Part shown: piece by piece, positions 1 through 11,016 of the stretch
Layout: the number at the start of each line of letters is the position of its first letter
How positions within the stretch are numbered: the first letter of the stretch is position 1
Source of the DNA: an uncultured Gemmatimonadales bacterium
GTDB lineage: Bacteria > Gemmatimonadota > Gemmatimonadetes > Longimicrobiales > Gaopeijiaceae
Assembly: GCA_963823035.1 (NCBI GenBank)
Contig: CAWGKG010000023.1
Span: 192,001-256,000 of the forward strand
Length of the DNA: 64,000 nt
Reading direction: 5' to 3'
Notes under the pieces: generated by a model
Told to the model about the DNA's origin: nothing
Database searches by the model: none
Seen by the model: the letters and a program-made list of their open reading frames with translations, nothing else
Position numbers and translations under genes: made by a program

Positions 1-316
1 CCCACATGTTGCTCACGTCGATCGTGGCGGCATCCGCACCGGAGAGGTTGACGTACACCTTGAAGCGGCGCCCCACGTCCTGCTGGAACATGAGGTTGAA
101 CGACGGATAGCTGAACTCGCCCGGCGCCGTAGCCTTCACCACGCTGCCTCCGGCGAAGTCGGGCTCGCTGAAGACCTTCTCGTAGCGGGATCCGAGGTAT
201 CCGAACATCGAGAGGTCTTGCTGGGCCCATACGCCGGCGGGCGCAGCCGTCGCTCCGGCGACGGCCAGGAAGACCAGAAGCGGAACTCGGGAGGTGTGTG
301 CACGCTGCGTGGCCAT
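1..316 (-). CDS. Secreted/outer-membrane (porin-like) protein, C-terminus outside window
   Basis: Manual translation MATQRAHTSRVPLLVFLAVAGATAAPAGVWAQQDLSMFGYLGSRYEK...; signal peptide followed by alternating beta-strand-like sequence. Confidence 0.55.
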   Translation of the reverse strand, partial: MATQRAHTSRVPLLVFLAVAGATAAPAGVWAQQDLSMFGYLGSRYEKVFSEPDFAGGSVVKATAPGEFSYPSFNLMFQQDVGRRFKVYVNLSGADAATIDVSNMW

Positions 317-615
317 GAGGTAACCCCCTGCGATGACGAATGGGACGCCCGCGGCGCCCCAGTGGACCGTGCCGACTTCCTATCAGTGTCGGCCGCAGGG
401 CTCCCGAAGCTTGAACGTGCCGAGATAGCAGTTTATACGCGGCTACGGATGGGTCACTCCCGTGAGGTCGCGATTAATCCGCGGACCTCCATCGACCGAC
501 GCTCTTGAGATGGAGGGTCACGACGATCCTCGCCGACCTGAGCCACACGGTCGCACAACGCGTCCGCACGCCCAGATCGGTCTCGCACACCCATCCGCAC
601 TCGAGCGAGACTGCC

Positions 616-1053
616 ATGAAGACCGCACTCCGCCGCGCGACGCTCGGCCTCGTGCTGTTCACGGGGGCATGCGCCAGCGCTCGATCCGTACCGGACTACA
701 ACGGCCAGGGCCGCTACGACCGCCTTCGTCGGACCGCCGAGACCTCGATCGTCTGGAGCATCCGCAACGACAACTGGAACGCCTTCCGCATCACCGCCGT
801 GCTGGAGGGAACCACCGGAGCTCCCGCTCGGCCTGGTGGAGGGTCACGGCAGCTTGAGGAAGCTCGAACGCTCGGCCTGGGCCGTGGGCCGCACGGTGTA
901 CTTCGAGCTCACCAACACGGTCACGGGCGAGCCGTCACGACACCGAGGCCGTACGTGATCGCGCCGGGGCAGCGTGTGGTGATGCACATCCAGCCTTCGG
1001 TGCGGCTGACGACGGTCTTCCCGCGCAACCTGTCCGCGTCGGACGTAGCTGAG
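616..1053 (+). CDS. Small lipoprotein (frameshifted; end approximate)
   Basis: MKTALRRATLGLVLFTGAC lipobox. Confidence 0.5.
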
Positions 1054-1093
1054 ATCCGTGAAGCGGGATCGCTGAACCCCCGACGGGCCGACC

Positions 1094-2866
1094 TCATCCC
1101 GACGCCGCCTCTCCGATCTCGGCGAGGATGTCGCGGAAGGCGGGGTCGGCCCGAAAGGGCGCGTAGGCCTGGTTCACGACCAGGTATTCCTCCGCCCAGG
1201 ATCCGTCCGAGACGGCCTCCCGCAGCCACCGCAGCATGCCCTCTCGCTCCCCCACCAGCGCGTGGATGGAGGCGAGCGTACCGGATCCGATGGCCGCCTC
1301 GTCTCCCTCGAGCATCTGGAGGGAGCCCCCCACGTCGGTCGGGACGCCCGTTCGGCGAAAGGCGATCATGGCCCGGGAAAGGTCTCCCACCACGGCGACG
1401 GGCGCGCCGACCATGGCGGCCCACTGCGTGAGGGCCATCTGGAGCGGGAGCGGCTTCTCCTCCTGCAGGGCGACCAGCGCGGTGCCGAAGTGCGCCGGCC
1501 GGTACGCGAAGTCCTGCGCGAGGGCCCGGTCCAGCTCGGCACGCGCCGCCTCCAGGTCGCCCGACCAGAGGAGGATCTTCGCGTGATCGGTCGCCACGGG
1601 AGCCGACAGCGGGTCGAGCAGAGCAGCCCGCGCCGCGTCCTGCCTGGCCTCGTCGAGGCGTCCCATCTCGGCCAGGACGTTGGCCCTCCAATGAAAGGCG
1701 CGCGCATACGACGGGTTGAGCGCGATGGCCTTCCCGAAGGCCTCCAGCGCACCCGCCCGGTCCCGTCCCAGGGCTCGGACAAGCCCCAGCGACGCGTACG
1801 GATCCGCCAGCGTGGGGTCGAGGTCGATCGCCTTGAGCGCCCACTCCTCCGCCTGTCCCAACGCGTCCCCGAGCGAGGCGGACGGCACGTAGATCGGTAG
1901 CAGCGCGTACGCATCCGCCAGTCCTGCATACGCCGCAGCGTAGTCCGGGTCGAGCGTGACCGCGGTCCGGAAGAGGCGGATCGCTTCGGGGAGCCCCGCC
2001 GCGTCGCGTCGACCCCACTGCGCGCGCCCCCGCCAATACGCGTCCTGCGCCTCCTGCGACGCCACGTGACGTGCGGCCGGGCGGCCGGGGATCTCGAGGT
2101 GGCCCAGCAGCTCCCCGACGATCGAGCCGGCGATCTCGTCCTGGAGCGCGAACAGGTCCTCGACCGTTCGGTCGTAGGTCTTCGACCAGAGGTGGAAGCC
2201 GGAGCGCGTGTCGATGAGCTGTGCGGTCACCCGCACCTTGTCCGCGCTGCGACGCACGCTCCCCTCGAGGAGCGTCGCCACGTTGAGGTCGTCACCGATC
2301 GTCCGCGCGTCGTCGGTCGCGTCCCTGAACGCGAAGGCCGACGTGCGCGCCGCGACCTGCAGTCCGTCCACGCCCGCCAGCACATTGAGGATCTCCTCGG
2401 CGAGACCGTCGCCCAGGTACTGCTGGTCGCCCGTCTCGCTCAGATCGGCGAAGGGCAGGACCGCGATCGACGAGGCTGTTGTCGCCGTGCCGACGGACTC
2501 CGCCTCGCGCACGAGCCACCACCCAGCGGCCCCCATGGCGATCGCGGTGGCCACGACCCCGACGACCACGGCGCCGGAGGGAGGTCGCGCCGCAGCGTCG
2601 GCCGGCACGTCGAGGTCCGGCGTACGCGTCACGCCGCCACGCGTCACGTCGAAGACCCAGGACAGCGCCGCGACGACCGGGAACCCTGCGAGCAGGGAGG
2701 CGAGCAGGACACGAAGGGCCGCCGAGCCGAGGCCGAAGGCGGGGAAGACGATCTCCGCGAGCTGCAGCAGGGCGAATCCGCCCGCGGCATAGGCGGCGAC
2801 CGTGCGCACGACCCGCCGTCGCTTCGCCTCCTGCCACACGCCCTTCAGCCGATCGCCCGCGCTCAT
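1094..2866 (-). CDS. Membrane-anchored TolB-like / TPR protein
   Basis: N-terminal TM helices, SIAVLPFADLS...LLEGSVRR domain, C-terminal TPRs. Confidence 0.85.
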   Translation of the reverse strand: MSAGDRLKGVWQEAKRRRVVRTVAAYAAGGFALLQLAEIVFPAFGLGSAALRVLLASLLAGFPVVAALSWVFDVTRGGVTRTPDLDVPADAAARPPSGAVVVGVVATAIAMGAAGWWLVREAESVGTATTASSIAVLPFADLSETGDQQYLGDGLAEEILNVLAGVDGLQVAARTSAFAFRDATDDARTIGDDLNVATLLEGSVRRSADKVRVTAQLIDTRSGFHLWSKTYDRTVEDLFALQDEIAGSIVGELLGHLEIPGRPAARHVASQEAQDAYWRGRAQWGRRDAAGLPEAIRLFRTAVTLDPDYAAAYAGLADAYALLPIYVPSASLGDALGQAEEWALKAIDLDPTLADPYASLGLVRALGRDRAGALEAFGKAIALNPSYARAFHWRANVLAEMGRLDEARQDAARAALLDPLSAPVATDHAKILLWSGDLEAARAELDRALAQDFAYRPAHFGTALVALQEEKPLPLQMALTQWAAMVGAPVAVVGDLSRAMIAFRRTGVPTDVGGSLQMLEGDEAAIGSGTLASIHALVGEREGMLRWLREAVSDGSWAEEYLVVNQAYAPFRADPAFRDILAEIGEAASG

Positions 2867-3139
2867 GCCATGTCCCCGCTCACCCTCGTGCACCCCCACC
2901 GCGCCGTATTCCCTTCGACAGGATGCGCCGGGGTTCGGTTGCCTCCTCCCCTACGTCGCGCGGGTCGCCCGCGTGTCACGGAGACGCACCTCAAGGTCGT
3001 CGGGCTCGCACGTCGAGACTACGCTCAAGGGGCCCGCGTCGCGGCCCCGTCCGAGAACGAACGATCCACGAAGCGCCGACCGGCGTCCGATCTCCGATCC
3101 GAAGCCACGGACGCGGGTGATCCGGCGGGGCGTGAGCCG

Positions 3140-4753
3140 ATGACCGAAAGGACCGACACCGGAAGACCTCCCGACCGACCACCTGGAGGCCGAGGAGGAG
3201 CTCGGGCGCCTGAGCGAACAGCTCCGGCGCATCACCGAGCGTGTTCCGGCGATCGTCTTCCGCCGGGTCGCGCACCCCGACGGCCGCGTGGAATACCCCT
3301 ACTCGGCGGGATCGCTGTACGCCGTCCTCGGTCTCGACGCGGGGCGGATGGCGAGGGACCCGACCGCGCTCCTCGACCATATCCACCCGGACGACGTGGC
3401 GTCCTTCCGCGCCCGCATTCGCGACCGGTCGAAGTCCACGGGGCAGCACGAGTTCCGGGTCCTGACCCCTGACGGCCAGACAAGGTGGCTACGCAGCTCG
3501 TTCAGCGCGCGCACGGGCGAGGACGGCACCTTCGTGGCGGAGGGTGTGGTCCTCGACGTGACCGACGAGAAGGGGCTGGAGGATCAGCTCCGCCAGGCTC
3601 AGAAGCTCGAGGCGGTGGGAAGGCTCACCGGCGGGATCGCGCACGACTTCAACAACCTCCTCTCCGTCATCCTTGTGAACGCCCGCCTGATCCGGTCGGC
3701 CCTGGAGGAGGGAAGACGCCCGATCGGACGAGCTCGAGGACCTGGAGGAAGCCGCGCGTAGCGGCGCCGACCTGGTGAAGGGGCTGCTCGGATTCAGCCG
3801 CAAGGCCGACCTGGTGCTGCAGCCGATCGACCTGGCGGACTCGGTCGTGCACATGACGCACCTGCTCAAGCGCCTCGTACCGGAGACGATCGACTTCCGA
3901 CTGGCGGCGTCGGTGGGCGCCGGCGTGGCGTACGCCGATCTCGCCGCGGTCCAGCAGATCCTCATGAACCTCGTCACCAACGCCCGCGACGCGATGCCGG
4001 ACGGGGGCCGCCTCTTCATCGAGGTCGGCAGCGAGGACTTCACCGGAGCGCATCCCGACACCGCGCGAGGAGATCGTCGATCGACCCTACGCGACGATCG
4101 TGGTGCAGGACACGGGCACGGGCATCTCCCCGGAGACGCTCCGACGGGTCTTCGAGCCGTTCTTCTCCACGAAGGAGCCCGGCAAGGGGAGCGGACTCGG
4201 GATGGGGGTGGTGCACGGCCTCGTGCGCCAGCACGACGGCTTCGTGGAGCTCACGAGCGAGCGCGGGCGGGGAACGCGGGTGAAGGTCTACCTCCCGATG
4301 AGCCGGTCGGAGCCGACCGAGATGGCCGCGCCCGCGCGCACGCCGGACGCGAAGGAGGGCGGCGGCGAGCTGATCCTCCTCGTCGAGGATCAGGAAGCCC
4401 TACGTCGCACGACCGAACGGACCCTCGAGCGGCTGCGCTACCGGGTCGTGGCCGCGGAGGACGGCGTCGAGGCCCTGGAGCTGTTCCGGTCGCACCCCGA
4501 GCCCTTCGATCTGATCCTCACGGACGTGGTGATGCCGAAGATGGGGGGCGTCGAGCTGTGCCACGAGGTCCGCCGCATCAACCCGGACGCTCGCTTTCTC
4601 TTCGTGAGCGGCTATTCCGATACCGACACGCAGGAGCGCCGCTTCCCCGAGGGCGCCCGTTTCGCACCCAAGCCCTGGACGTTGGAGGAGCTGTCGCAGG
4701 CGGTGCGAGAGACGATCGACGGGATCGCCGTCGTCGATACGCCCGCGACCTGA
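3140..4753 (+). CDS. PAS-domain hybrid sensor histidine kinase/response regulator (frameshifted)
   Basis: PAS (HIHPDD), His[11 protein letters not shown], HATPase DTGTGI/GSGLG, receiver [10 protein letters not shown] across several frames. Confidence 0.85.
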
Positions 4754-4756
4754 CCC

Positions 4757-6544
4757 TCAGGCCGCATCGAACGGATAGCCCTCCGCCTCCATCACCACGC
4801 CGGCCAGCAGCCGTCCCTCCGTGCGCACGTCGAACGGCTCCCTGCGCGTCAGCTTCCGGTGCATGGAGAGCATGCTGCGCAACTCCTCTCCCTCGGCGCT
4901 CGCCGAGAGCACCTGGCGCGCGGCGGCCTCGACCACCGGCATCCCCTCCTCGATGGCGAGACGGGCCGCCGCGCGCCTCGCGGCAACGCCCTCCGCACCC
5001 ACGTGCGCTCCCGCGTTGGCCGCGCGCAGCACGGCGCTCTCCATCACGTAGGTCTGGATGATCATGTCGGCCAGCCAGGAGAGCACCTCCTGCTCCTGCT
5101 GCAGCGCCTGCATGTGCTTCTGGGCTGCCACGCCCGCGGCGAACAGCGTCTGCTTGCGGGCCAGCTCAACGGTCGCGAGCTCGGCGCCGAAGTCCCCCTC
5201 GGGGGTCGCGCGCCCGCTCCGACTCATCAGCTCTTCCGTCACCCGCTTGATGGCCGGGAGCAGCGGCAGCTCGCCCTTCATCGTGCGCTCGAGCAGCATC
5301 CCGGTGATGAGCATCCGGTTGATCTCGGACGTCCCCTCCCAGATGCGGTTGATGCGCGCGTCGCGGTAGTGGCGCTCGGCCGCGTACTCGGCGATGAAGC
5401 CGTAGCCGCCGTGCACCTGGAGCATCTCGTCCGTGACGAAGCAGATGACCTCGCTGGAGTACACCTTGTTGATCGAGCACTCGACGCTCAGCTCCCTGAG
5501 CGCAGCGACCGTCGCGGCGGCCTTGTCCTCCAGGCCGGAGGCCTCGATGTGCCGATCCACGTCGTGGGCGGTGCGGTAGACGATCGTCTCCTGGCAGTAG
5601 ATGCGCGAGCACGCCGCCGCCAGCTTCTGCTGGATGAGCGGGAAGGACGAGATCGGCTTGCCGAACTGGTGGCGCTCGGCCGCGTAGCGGGCACCCTCGG
5701 CCAGGGAGATCCTCGCGCCCCCCAGTACCGCCGGGCTCAGCTTGAGCCGGCCGATGTTGAGCACGTTGAAGGCGATCTTGTGCCCCTTGCCGATCTCTCC
5801 GAGCACGTTGGCGGCCGGCACCGGCGTGTCGTCGAAGGAGAGCGCGCACGTCGAGGAGCCCTTGAGGCCCAGCTTCTTCTCCTCCGGGCCGACCGTGAAG
5901 CCCTCGGCGCCCCGCTCGACGATGAACGCCGTGAAGCGCTCGCCGTCCACCTTGGCGAAGACGATGAAGAGGTCCGCGAAGCCCGCGTTCGTGATGAACT
6001 GCTTGGAGCCGTTCAGCACGTAGACGTCGCGCGCCTCGTCGTAGACGGCGGTCGTGCGGGCGCCCAGCGCGTCCGAGCCGCTCCCTGCCTCGGTGAGGGC
6101 GTAGGCCGTGATGATCTGTCCCGAGAGGATCCCGTCCACCCAGCGCGCGCGTTGCTCGTCCGTGCCGAAGTAGAGGATCGGCAGCCCGCCGATGCCGGTC
6201 TGCACCATGATCGCGGGGGCGAACGACCCTCCCATCCCGATCTTGTCCCCGATGAGCATGGCCGTGGTCTTCGCCGCGCCCAGCCCGCCGAGCGCCTCGG
6301 GAACGTCCACGGCGAAGACCCCGAGCTCGCCCGTCTCCCGGACCAGCCCCTCGAGGAGTCCCTCCTCCTGTGCGTCGATGGCCTCCCATCGAGGCAACAC
6401 CTTCTCCTTCACGAAGTCCTCCACGCTGCGTGCCAGCATGATGGACTCCTCGTCGAACTGCTCGGGAACGAAGACGTCGGCGGGGTCGCTCGGGCCGAGG
6501 AGGAACGTCCCGCTGGAGACGGGCTTCGCGGTCGTGGTGCTCAT
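4757..6544 (-). CDS. fadE: Acyl-CoA dehydrogenase (FadE-like)
   Basis: YALTEAGSGSDA, RHQFGKPI, QVHGGYGF, RINRIWEGTSEINR; operon context. Confidence 0.92.
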   Translation of the reverse strand: MSTTTAKPVSSGTFLLGPSDPADVFVPEQFDEESIMLARSVEDFVKEKVLPRWEAIDAQEEGLLEGLVRETGELGVFAVDVPEALGGLGAAKTTAMLIGDKIGMGGSFAPAIMVQTGIGGLPILYFGTDEQRARWVDGILSGQIITAYALTEAGSGSDALGARTTAVYDEARDVYVLNGSKQFITNAGFADLFIVFAKVDGERFTAFIVERGAEGFTVGPEEKKLGLKGSSTCALSFDDTPVPAANVLGEIGKGHKIAFNVLNIGRLKLSPAVLGGARISLAEGARYAAERHQFGKPISSFPLIQQKLAAACSRIYCQETIVYRTAHDVDRHIEASGLEDKAAATVAALRELSVECSINKVYSSEVICFVTDEMLQVHGGYGFIAEYAAERHYRDARINRIWEGTSEINRMLITGMLLERTMKGELPLLPAIKRVTEELMSRSGRATPEGDFGAELATVELARKQTLFAAGVAAQKHMQALQQEQEVLSWLADMIIQTYVMESAVLRAANAGAHVGAEGVAARRAAARLAIEEGMPVVEAAARQVLSASAEGEELRSMLSMHRKLTRREPFDVRTEGRLLAGVVMEAEGYPFDAA

Positions 6545-6560
6545 CGTGGGCTCCGGTGCT

Positions 6561-7748
6561 TCAGGGACGTTCGAAGAGGGCCGCGGCACCCATGCCGCCG
6601 CCGATGCACATCGACACCACGCCATAGCGCGCGTCACGGCGCCGCATCTCGTGGAGGAGGGTCGCGGTGAGCTTCGCGCCGGTCGCACCCAGGGGGTGCC
6701 CGAGCGCGATGGCGCCGCCGTGCACGTTCACGCGCTCCGGGTCGAGCCCGAGCGTGCGCAGGCAGTAGACCGACTGTGAGGCGAACGCCTCGTTCAGCTC
6801 GACCAGGTCCACGTCCGACAGGGCCACGCCGCAGTGCTTCAGGAGCTTCGGGATAGCCTCCACCGGGCCGATGCCCATCACGTCGGGGGGCACGCCCGCC
6901 ACCTGGTAGCCACGCAGCACGCCGAGGATCTCGAGCCCGAGCTCCTCGGCCCGACGCCGACTCATGAGAAGCGCCGCCGCGGCGCCGTCCGACGTCTGCG
7001 ACGAGTTCCCGGCCGTGACGCTCCCCCCGACCTTGAAGGCGGGCTTGAGCTTGGCGAGCGCCTCGGGGGTCGTGTCCCGCCGCGGCCCCTCGTCGACGCC
7101 GAAGACCTCGGTGTGGACCTCGCTACGGCCACGCGGTCCCGGCGTCTTCGTCACGACCTCGACCGGCACGATCTCTTCCGCGAAGGCACCCGAGTCCACC
7201 GCGGCCACCGCTCGCCTGTGGCTCTCCAGCGCGAAGGCGTCCTGATCACCGCGCGAGACCTCGAAGCGGGAGGCGACCTCCTCGGCCGTGAGCCCCATCG
7301 AGATGTACGCCTCCGGCATGTCGCGCACGAGCTGCGGGTTGGGGGAGAAGTCGCCCCCGGTCATCGGGACCATGCTCATCGACTCGGTGCCACCCGCCAG
7401 CACGGCGGACGCCTGCCCGGTCGCGATGCGGTCGGCCGCCATCGCGATCGACTGCAGGCCGCTCGAGCAGAAGCGGTTCAGCGTCATGGCCGGCACGTGG
7501 TACGGGATGCCCGCGCGGAACTGGGCGAGGCGCGCCACGTTCAGGCCCTGCGGGCCTTCCGGCATGGCGCACCCCAGCACGATGTCGTCCACGGCGGCCG
7601 GGTCGAAGCCGCCGGCGCGCTCGAGCGCGCCCACGAGGCACGCCGCCGCCAGGTCGTCGGGGCGGGTCTCGCGCAGCGTGCCCTTGAAGGCCCGGCCCAC
7701 GGCCGTGCGCACCGCGCTGACGACGACCGGTTCGTTCTCTCTGCTCAT
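6561..7748 (-). CDS. fadA: Acetyl-CoA C-acyltransferase (thiolase)
   Basis: [29 protein letters not shown]. Confidence 0.95.
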   Translation of the reverse strand: MSRENEPVVVSAVRTAVGRAFKGTLRETRPDDLAAACLVGALERAGGFDPAAVDDIVLGCAMPEGPQGLNVARLAQFRAGIPYHVPAMTLNRFCSSGLQSIAMAADRIATGQASAVLAGGTESMSMVPMTGGDFSPNPQLVRDMPEAYISMGLTAEEVASRFEVSRGDQDAFALESHRRAVAAVDSGAFAEEIVPVEVVTKTPGPRGRSEVHTEVFGVDEGPRRDTTPEALAKLKPAFKVGGSVTAGNSSQTSDGAAAALLMSRRRAEELGLEILGVLRGYQVAGVPPDVMGIGPVEAIPKLLKHCGVALSDVDLVELNEAFASQSVYCLRTLGLDPERVNVHGGAIALGHPLGATGAKLTATLLHEMRRRDARYGVVSMCIGGGMGAAALFERP

Positions 7749-7759
7749 GATCGCTTCCC

Positions 7760-7926
7760 CTAGTGTGGTGCCGCAGGAATACCTCGGCCATTCGAGCGCC
7801 GATGCATCCGGCCCTGCGGCGTTGCTCCTCCTCGAAATAGCGCTGCTATTCCTCGTCGTCGCGCCTTGCAGGATCCAGCGCCTCGACGCTCTCGGTGGCT
7901 CGCGGATTTCTGCGGCACCACACTAG
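7760..7926. mobile_element. MITE-like non-coding element with 21 bp terminal inverted repeats
   Basis: CTAGTGTGGTGCCGCAGGAAT ... ATTTCTGCGGCACCACACTAG (20/21 match); internal hairpin AATAGC-GCT-GCTATT. Confidence 0.75.
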
Positions 7927-10305
7927 TTTCGCAGCGGCTTGCCGGTCTTCAGGACGTACTCCATGCGCTCCAGCGTCTTCGGCTCCGCGCACAGCCGCAT
8001 GAACGCCTCCTTCTCCAGTTCCAGGAGGTACTCCTCGGAGACCCGCGACGACGAACTCACTTCGCCGCCGCACAGGACCCACGCGAGGGCGTCGCCCACC
8101 ACCTTGTCGTGGGCGCTGATGTACCCGGCCCGCTCCATCTGATCGAGCCCGACGCGCAGCGCCGCGAGACCCTCCTCGCCGACCACGCGGATGTCCGTGC
8201 GCAACGGCGTGGGTCGGTATCCGGCCTCGGACATCGCCAGCACGCGCATCTTCGCGTCGTGCAGCAGGCGGTCGCGGTTGGCGACGACCTGGTCGGTGGC
8301 GCGCAGGAAGCCCATCTCCTGCGCCTCGTGCGCGCTGGTGGCGACCTTCCCCATGCCGACGGTCTCGAAGATGCGCCGGATCCATGGGAAGAGGTCCGTG
8401 TCCGGCGCCCGGGGCGCGGCCTCGTCGGCGCGTCGTACCAGCTCCTTGCATCCACCGCCCGCGGGCACCACGCCGGCGCCCACCTCGACGAGTCCGATGT
8501 ACGTCTCGAGCGACGCGACCACCGCGTCGGCGCCCAGCACGACCTCGCACCCGCCCCCGAGCGTCAGCCCGGCCGGCGCCGCCACGACGGGGCGGCTGCA
8601 CTGGCGCATGCGCAGGTTCGCGTGCTGGAAGCGCCCGAGGATCCACTCCACGTCCTCGGGATTGTCGTCGTCGAGCTCGTTGAGGATCAGGAGGAGGTTC
8701 GCGCCGGCGCTGAACTGCGGCGCGTCGTTGCCGATGACCAGGCCGCGCCAGCCCGCTTCGACCTCATCGAGTGAGCGCTCCATCATGTCGATGATGCCCG
8801 GCCCGACCGTGTTCATCTTCGTGTGGAACTCCAGGCACGCCACGCCGTCGCCCAGGTCCACCAGCGACGCGTCCGGGCTCTCCAGCACCACGCCGCCGGC
8901 GGCCTTGAGGTCGGCGAGCACCAGGTACTCGGGGCGGGTCGGAACCGGAGCGAAGCCCTCACCGCCGACGAAGAAGGCGTGCGCGCCCTTCTCCTCCCGA
9001 TAGAAGCCCTCCCCACCGGCGTCGTAGAGCGCGCGCGCCAGCGGAGGCACCGCGTCGCCCTCCTCGAGCATGCGCTCACAGGCCCAGCGGAAGCCCATCG
9101 CGTCCCACAGCTCGAAGGGCCCCAGCTCCCATCCGAAGCCCCAGCGCATCGCGCGGTCCACGTTGACGATGTCGTCCGCGATCTCCGGGATGCACGCGGC
9201 GGCGTAGCGCAGCGTCGCCGAGAACGACTTCCACAGGAACGCGCCTGCGCGGTCCTCTGCGCGCACGAGACCGTGGATGCGCTCGCGGAGATCCTCGACG
9301 CTCTTCGCCATCTCCAGCGAGCCGAACGACACCTTCCCCTGCGGCACGTACTCGAGCGTGGCCGGGTCGACCATGAGGATCTCGCTCTTCCCGTCGGCGC
9401 CCCGGACCTTCTTGTAGAAGCCCTCGCCGCTCTTCTCGCCCAACCGGCCCTCGGCGACGAGGCGCTTCATGAAGTCGGGCGGGTCGAAGAGGTCGCGGTG
9501 CGGATCCTGTTCCAGCCGCTCGAAGAGATTGGCCGCCACATGGGCGAGCGTGTCCAGCCCGACGAGGTCGGCCGTGCGGAAGGTGGCGCTCCCCGGCCGG
9601 CCGATGGCCTTCCCGGTGAGCTTGTCGACCTCCGCGAGGGTGAAGCCGTCGTCCAGCATCACCCGCATCACGTGGAAGATGCCGAAGCAGCCGATGCGGT
9701 TCGCGATGAAGTTGGGGGTGTCCTTGGCGTGGACGATCCCCTTCCCCAGGACGCGGTCCCCGAAGTCCTCGAAGAACGCGACCACCTCGTCGGCGGTGTC
9801 CGGTCCGCGCACGAGCTCCAGGAGCTTCAGGTAGCGGGGTGGATTGAAGAAGTGCGTCACCATGAAGCGGGGCCGGAGCGCCTCGGGAAGCGCTCCGGAG
9901 AGGGCCTCCGCGGAGAGCCCCGACGTGTTCGACGTCAGGAGCGCATGGGGCGCCACGTGCGGCGCCACCTTCTCGTAGAGCGAGCGCTTGATGTCGAGGT
10001 TCTCCACCACCGCCTCGACGATCCAGTCGCACTCCGCCAGTCGTGGCAGGTCGTCCTCGAAGTTGCCGACCTCGACGAGGGTCGGGGCCCGCGACGAGGA
10101 GAAGGACGCCGGCTTGCTCTTCCGCGCGCGCTCCAGCCCCGCGCGTACGAGGGCGTCCTTGTCGTCGCCCTCCCTGGGCGGGATGTCGAGGAGCAAGCGT
10201 CGGGACGCCGACGTTGGCGAGGTGCGCGGCGATGGCGGCGCCCATGACGCCGGCGCCGAGCACGGCGGCCCGGCCGACCCGGTCGGGTGCGGGATGGTCC
10301 TTCAC
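7923..10305 (-). CDS. fadN: 3-hydroxyacyl-CoA dehydrogenase / enoyl-CoA hydratase (FadN-like), frameshift near 10197
   Basis: VLGAGVMGAAIAAHLAN, SNTSGL, HFFNPPRY, C-terminal crotonase FSAGANL/GGGCE. Confidence 0.92.
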
Positions 10306-10922
10306 GAGGGATCTCCGGGTTGGAAGGCGCCGAGACCGCGCGCGAGCATGGTCGCTACGGGGTCCAGCGTCGACATGAGGGGGTAGGCCCGCTTCGAGCG
10401 GAGCCAACCGGTGACGATCTCGTCCAACGCGCCGAAGAACAGCTGGCGGGCGAGACGCACGTCCAGGTCACGGGCGAACGCGCCGACGCGCACGCCCTCC
10501 GCGACGACTTCGCCGATCAGGTCGAAGTACTCGGCGACGCTCGGGCGGATGCCCTCGGACAGGATGGGGTCGGGGTCGCGGATGTGGATCTGGAAGACCG
10601 TGGCGAGCTCCCGATCCTCGGCGAAGAAGGCCAGGTGGAGCTTGGCGAGGAGGCGGAGCTGCGGTACGCCGGGCTCCGCGGCCGCGAGGAGGGGGCGGCA
10701 CCGCTCCATGTAGTCGGAGAGGTGGCGCTGGAAGAGGGTGATCAGCAGCTCCTGCTTGCGCTCGAAGTACAGGTAGATGGTGCCGGTGGCGACACCCGCC
10801 TCCCCCGCGACAGCGGCCATCGTGCTGCCGTGGTAGCCGTTCTGCGCGAAGACGCGGACAGCCGCCCCGAGGATGCGGACCTCCTTGTCGCGGGTCACCA
10901 CCGCTCCGCCGACCTTGGACAT
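10302..10922 (-). CDS. fadR: TetR-family regulator (FadR/YsiA-like)
   Basis: TetR HTH (AGVATGTIYLYF); stop overlaps fadN GTG start. Confidence 0.85.
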   Translation of the reverse strand: MSKVGGAVVTRDKEVRILGAAVRVFAQNGYHGSTMAAVAGEAGVATGTIYLYFERKQELLITLFQRHLSDYMERCRPLLAAAEPGVPQLRLLAKLHLAFFAEDRELATVFQIHIRDPDPILSEGIRPSVAEYFDLIGEVVAEGVRVGAFARDLDVRLARQLFFGALDEIVTGWLRSKRAYPLMSTLDPVATMLARGLGAFQPGDPS

Positions 10923-10944
10923 GAGCGTTTCCTGGCAGGAAGGG

Positions 10945-10970
10945 ATAATGAATGAATGTTCATTCATTAT
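10945..10970. promoter_or_regulatory. FadR-box operator palindrome
   Basis: ATAATGAATGAA-TG-TTCATTCATTAT, perfect 12 bp arms, AT-rich, 22 bp upstream of fadR. Confidence 0.85.
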
Positions 10971-11016
10971 CTGGCGTCCCCCCGTCCCCGTCAAGGCCAC
11001 CGTTTGGATCGGACCT

